From Epiperipatus broadwayi (taxonomy: Eukaryota > Animalia > Onychophora), in contig JAQFVV010000005.1 in the NCBI GenBank assembly GCA_028023455.1, forward strand, positions 1,364,001-1,428,000: a stretch of 64,000 bases of DNA, in the 5' to 3' direction. Numbering within the stretch: the stretch's first letter is position 1; each line of letters opens with the position of its first letter. Made by a program: the position numbers and the translations under genes. Below, piece by piece: positions 63,854 through 64,000 of the stretch. Below the pieces are notes generated by a model that had not been told where the DNA came from, searched no databases, and saw nothing but the letters and a program-made list of their open reading frames with translations.

Positions 63854-64000
63854 CGATGGAACTTAAATAAATAAACAAAACAAAAAAAATAAGAAAGACT
63901 AATTTTAAAAGTAAAATAATTAATTGCATGAATAAATGTTGATTATACTATTAAAAAATGTATTTTAATTATAGAGAATGATTTGAGGAATGCTCGACTT

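Overview
Very AT-rich, repeat-dense eukaryotic DNA, most likely an invertebrate animal; the organism cannot be fixed from sequence. Only one intact host CDS is supported: a single-coding-exon GT31 beta-1,3-galactosyltransferase on the minus strand (ATG 16520 to stop 15468). The rest is mostly decayed mobile DNA: a Ty3/Gypsy (Mag-like) LTR element with both LTRs (17333-22724), five RTE LINE fragments, an RTEX-like LINE (esterase ORF1 remnant, APE-RT, CCHC finger) in three pieces, several Penelope-like (PLE) RT and GIY-YIG remnants, pogo/Tc1-like and foldback MITEs, and tRNA-Gly-derived mini-SINEs. The main signal not shown by the ORF track is about ten type I hammerhead ribozyme (HHR) motifs from at least three unrelated sequence families. 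Three pairs sit head-to-head, and one pair abuts the galactosyltransferase stop codon. Most cores carry substitutions, often at the CpG of the C-GAAA junction. HHRs in PLEs and retrozymes are established; these particular families, their density and their position next to a host gene are what merit follow-up. All alignments and folds were done by eye, so repeat boundaries are approximate.
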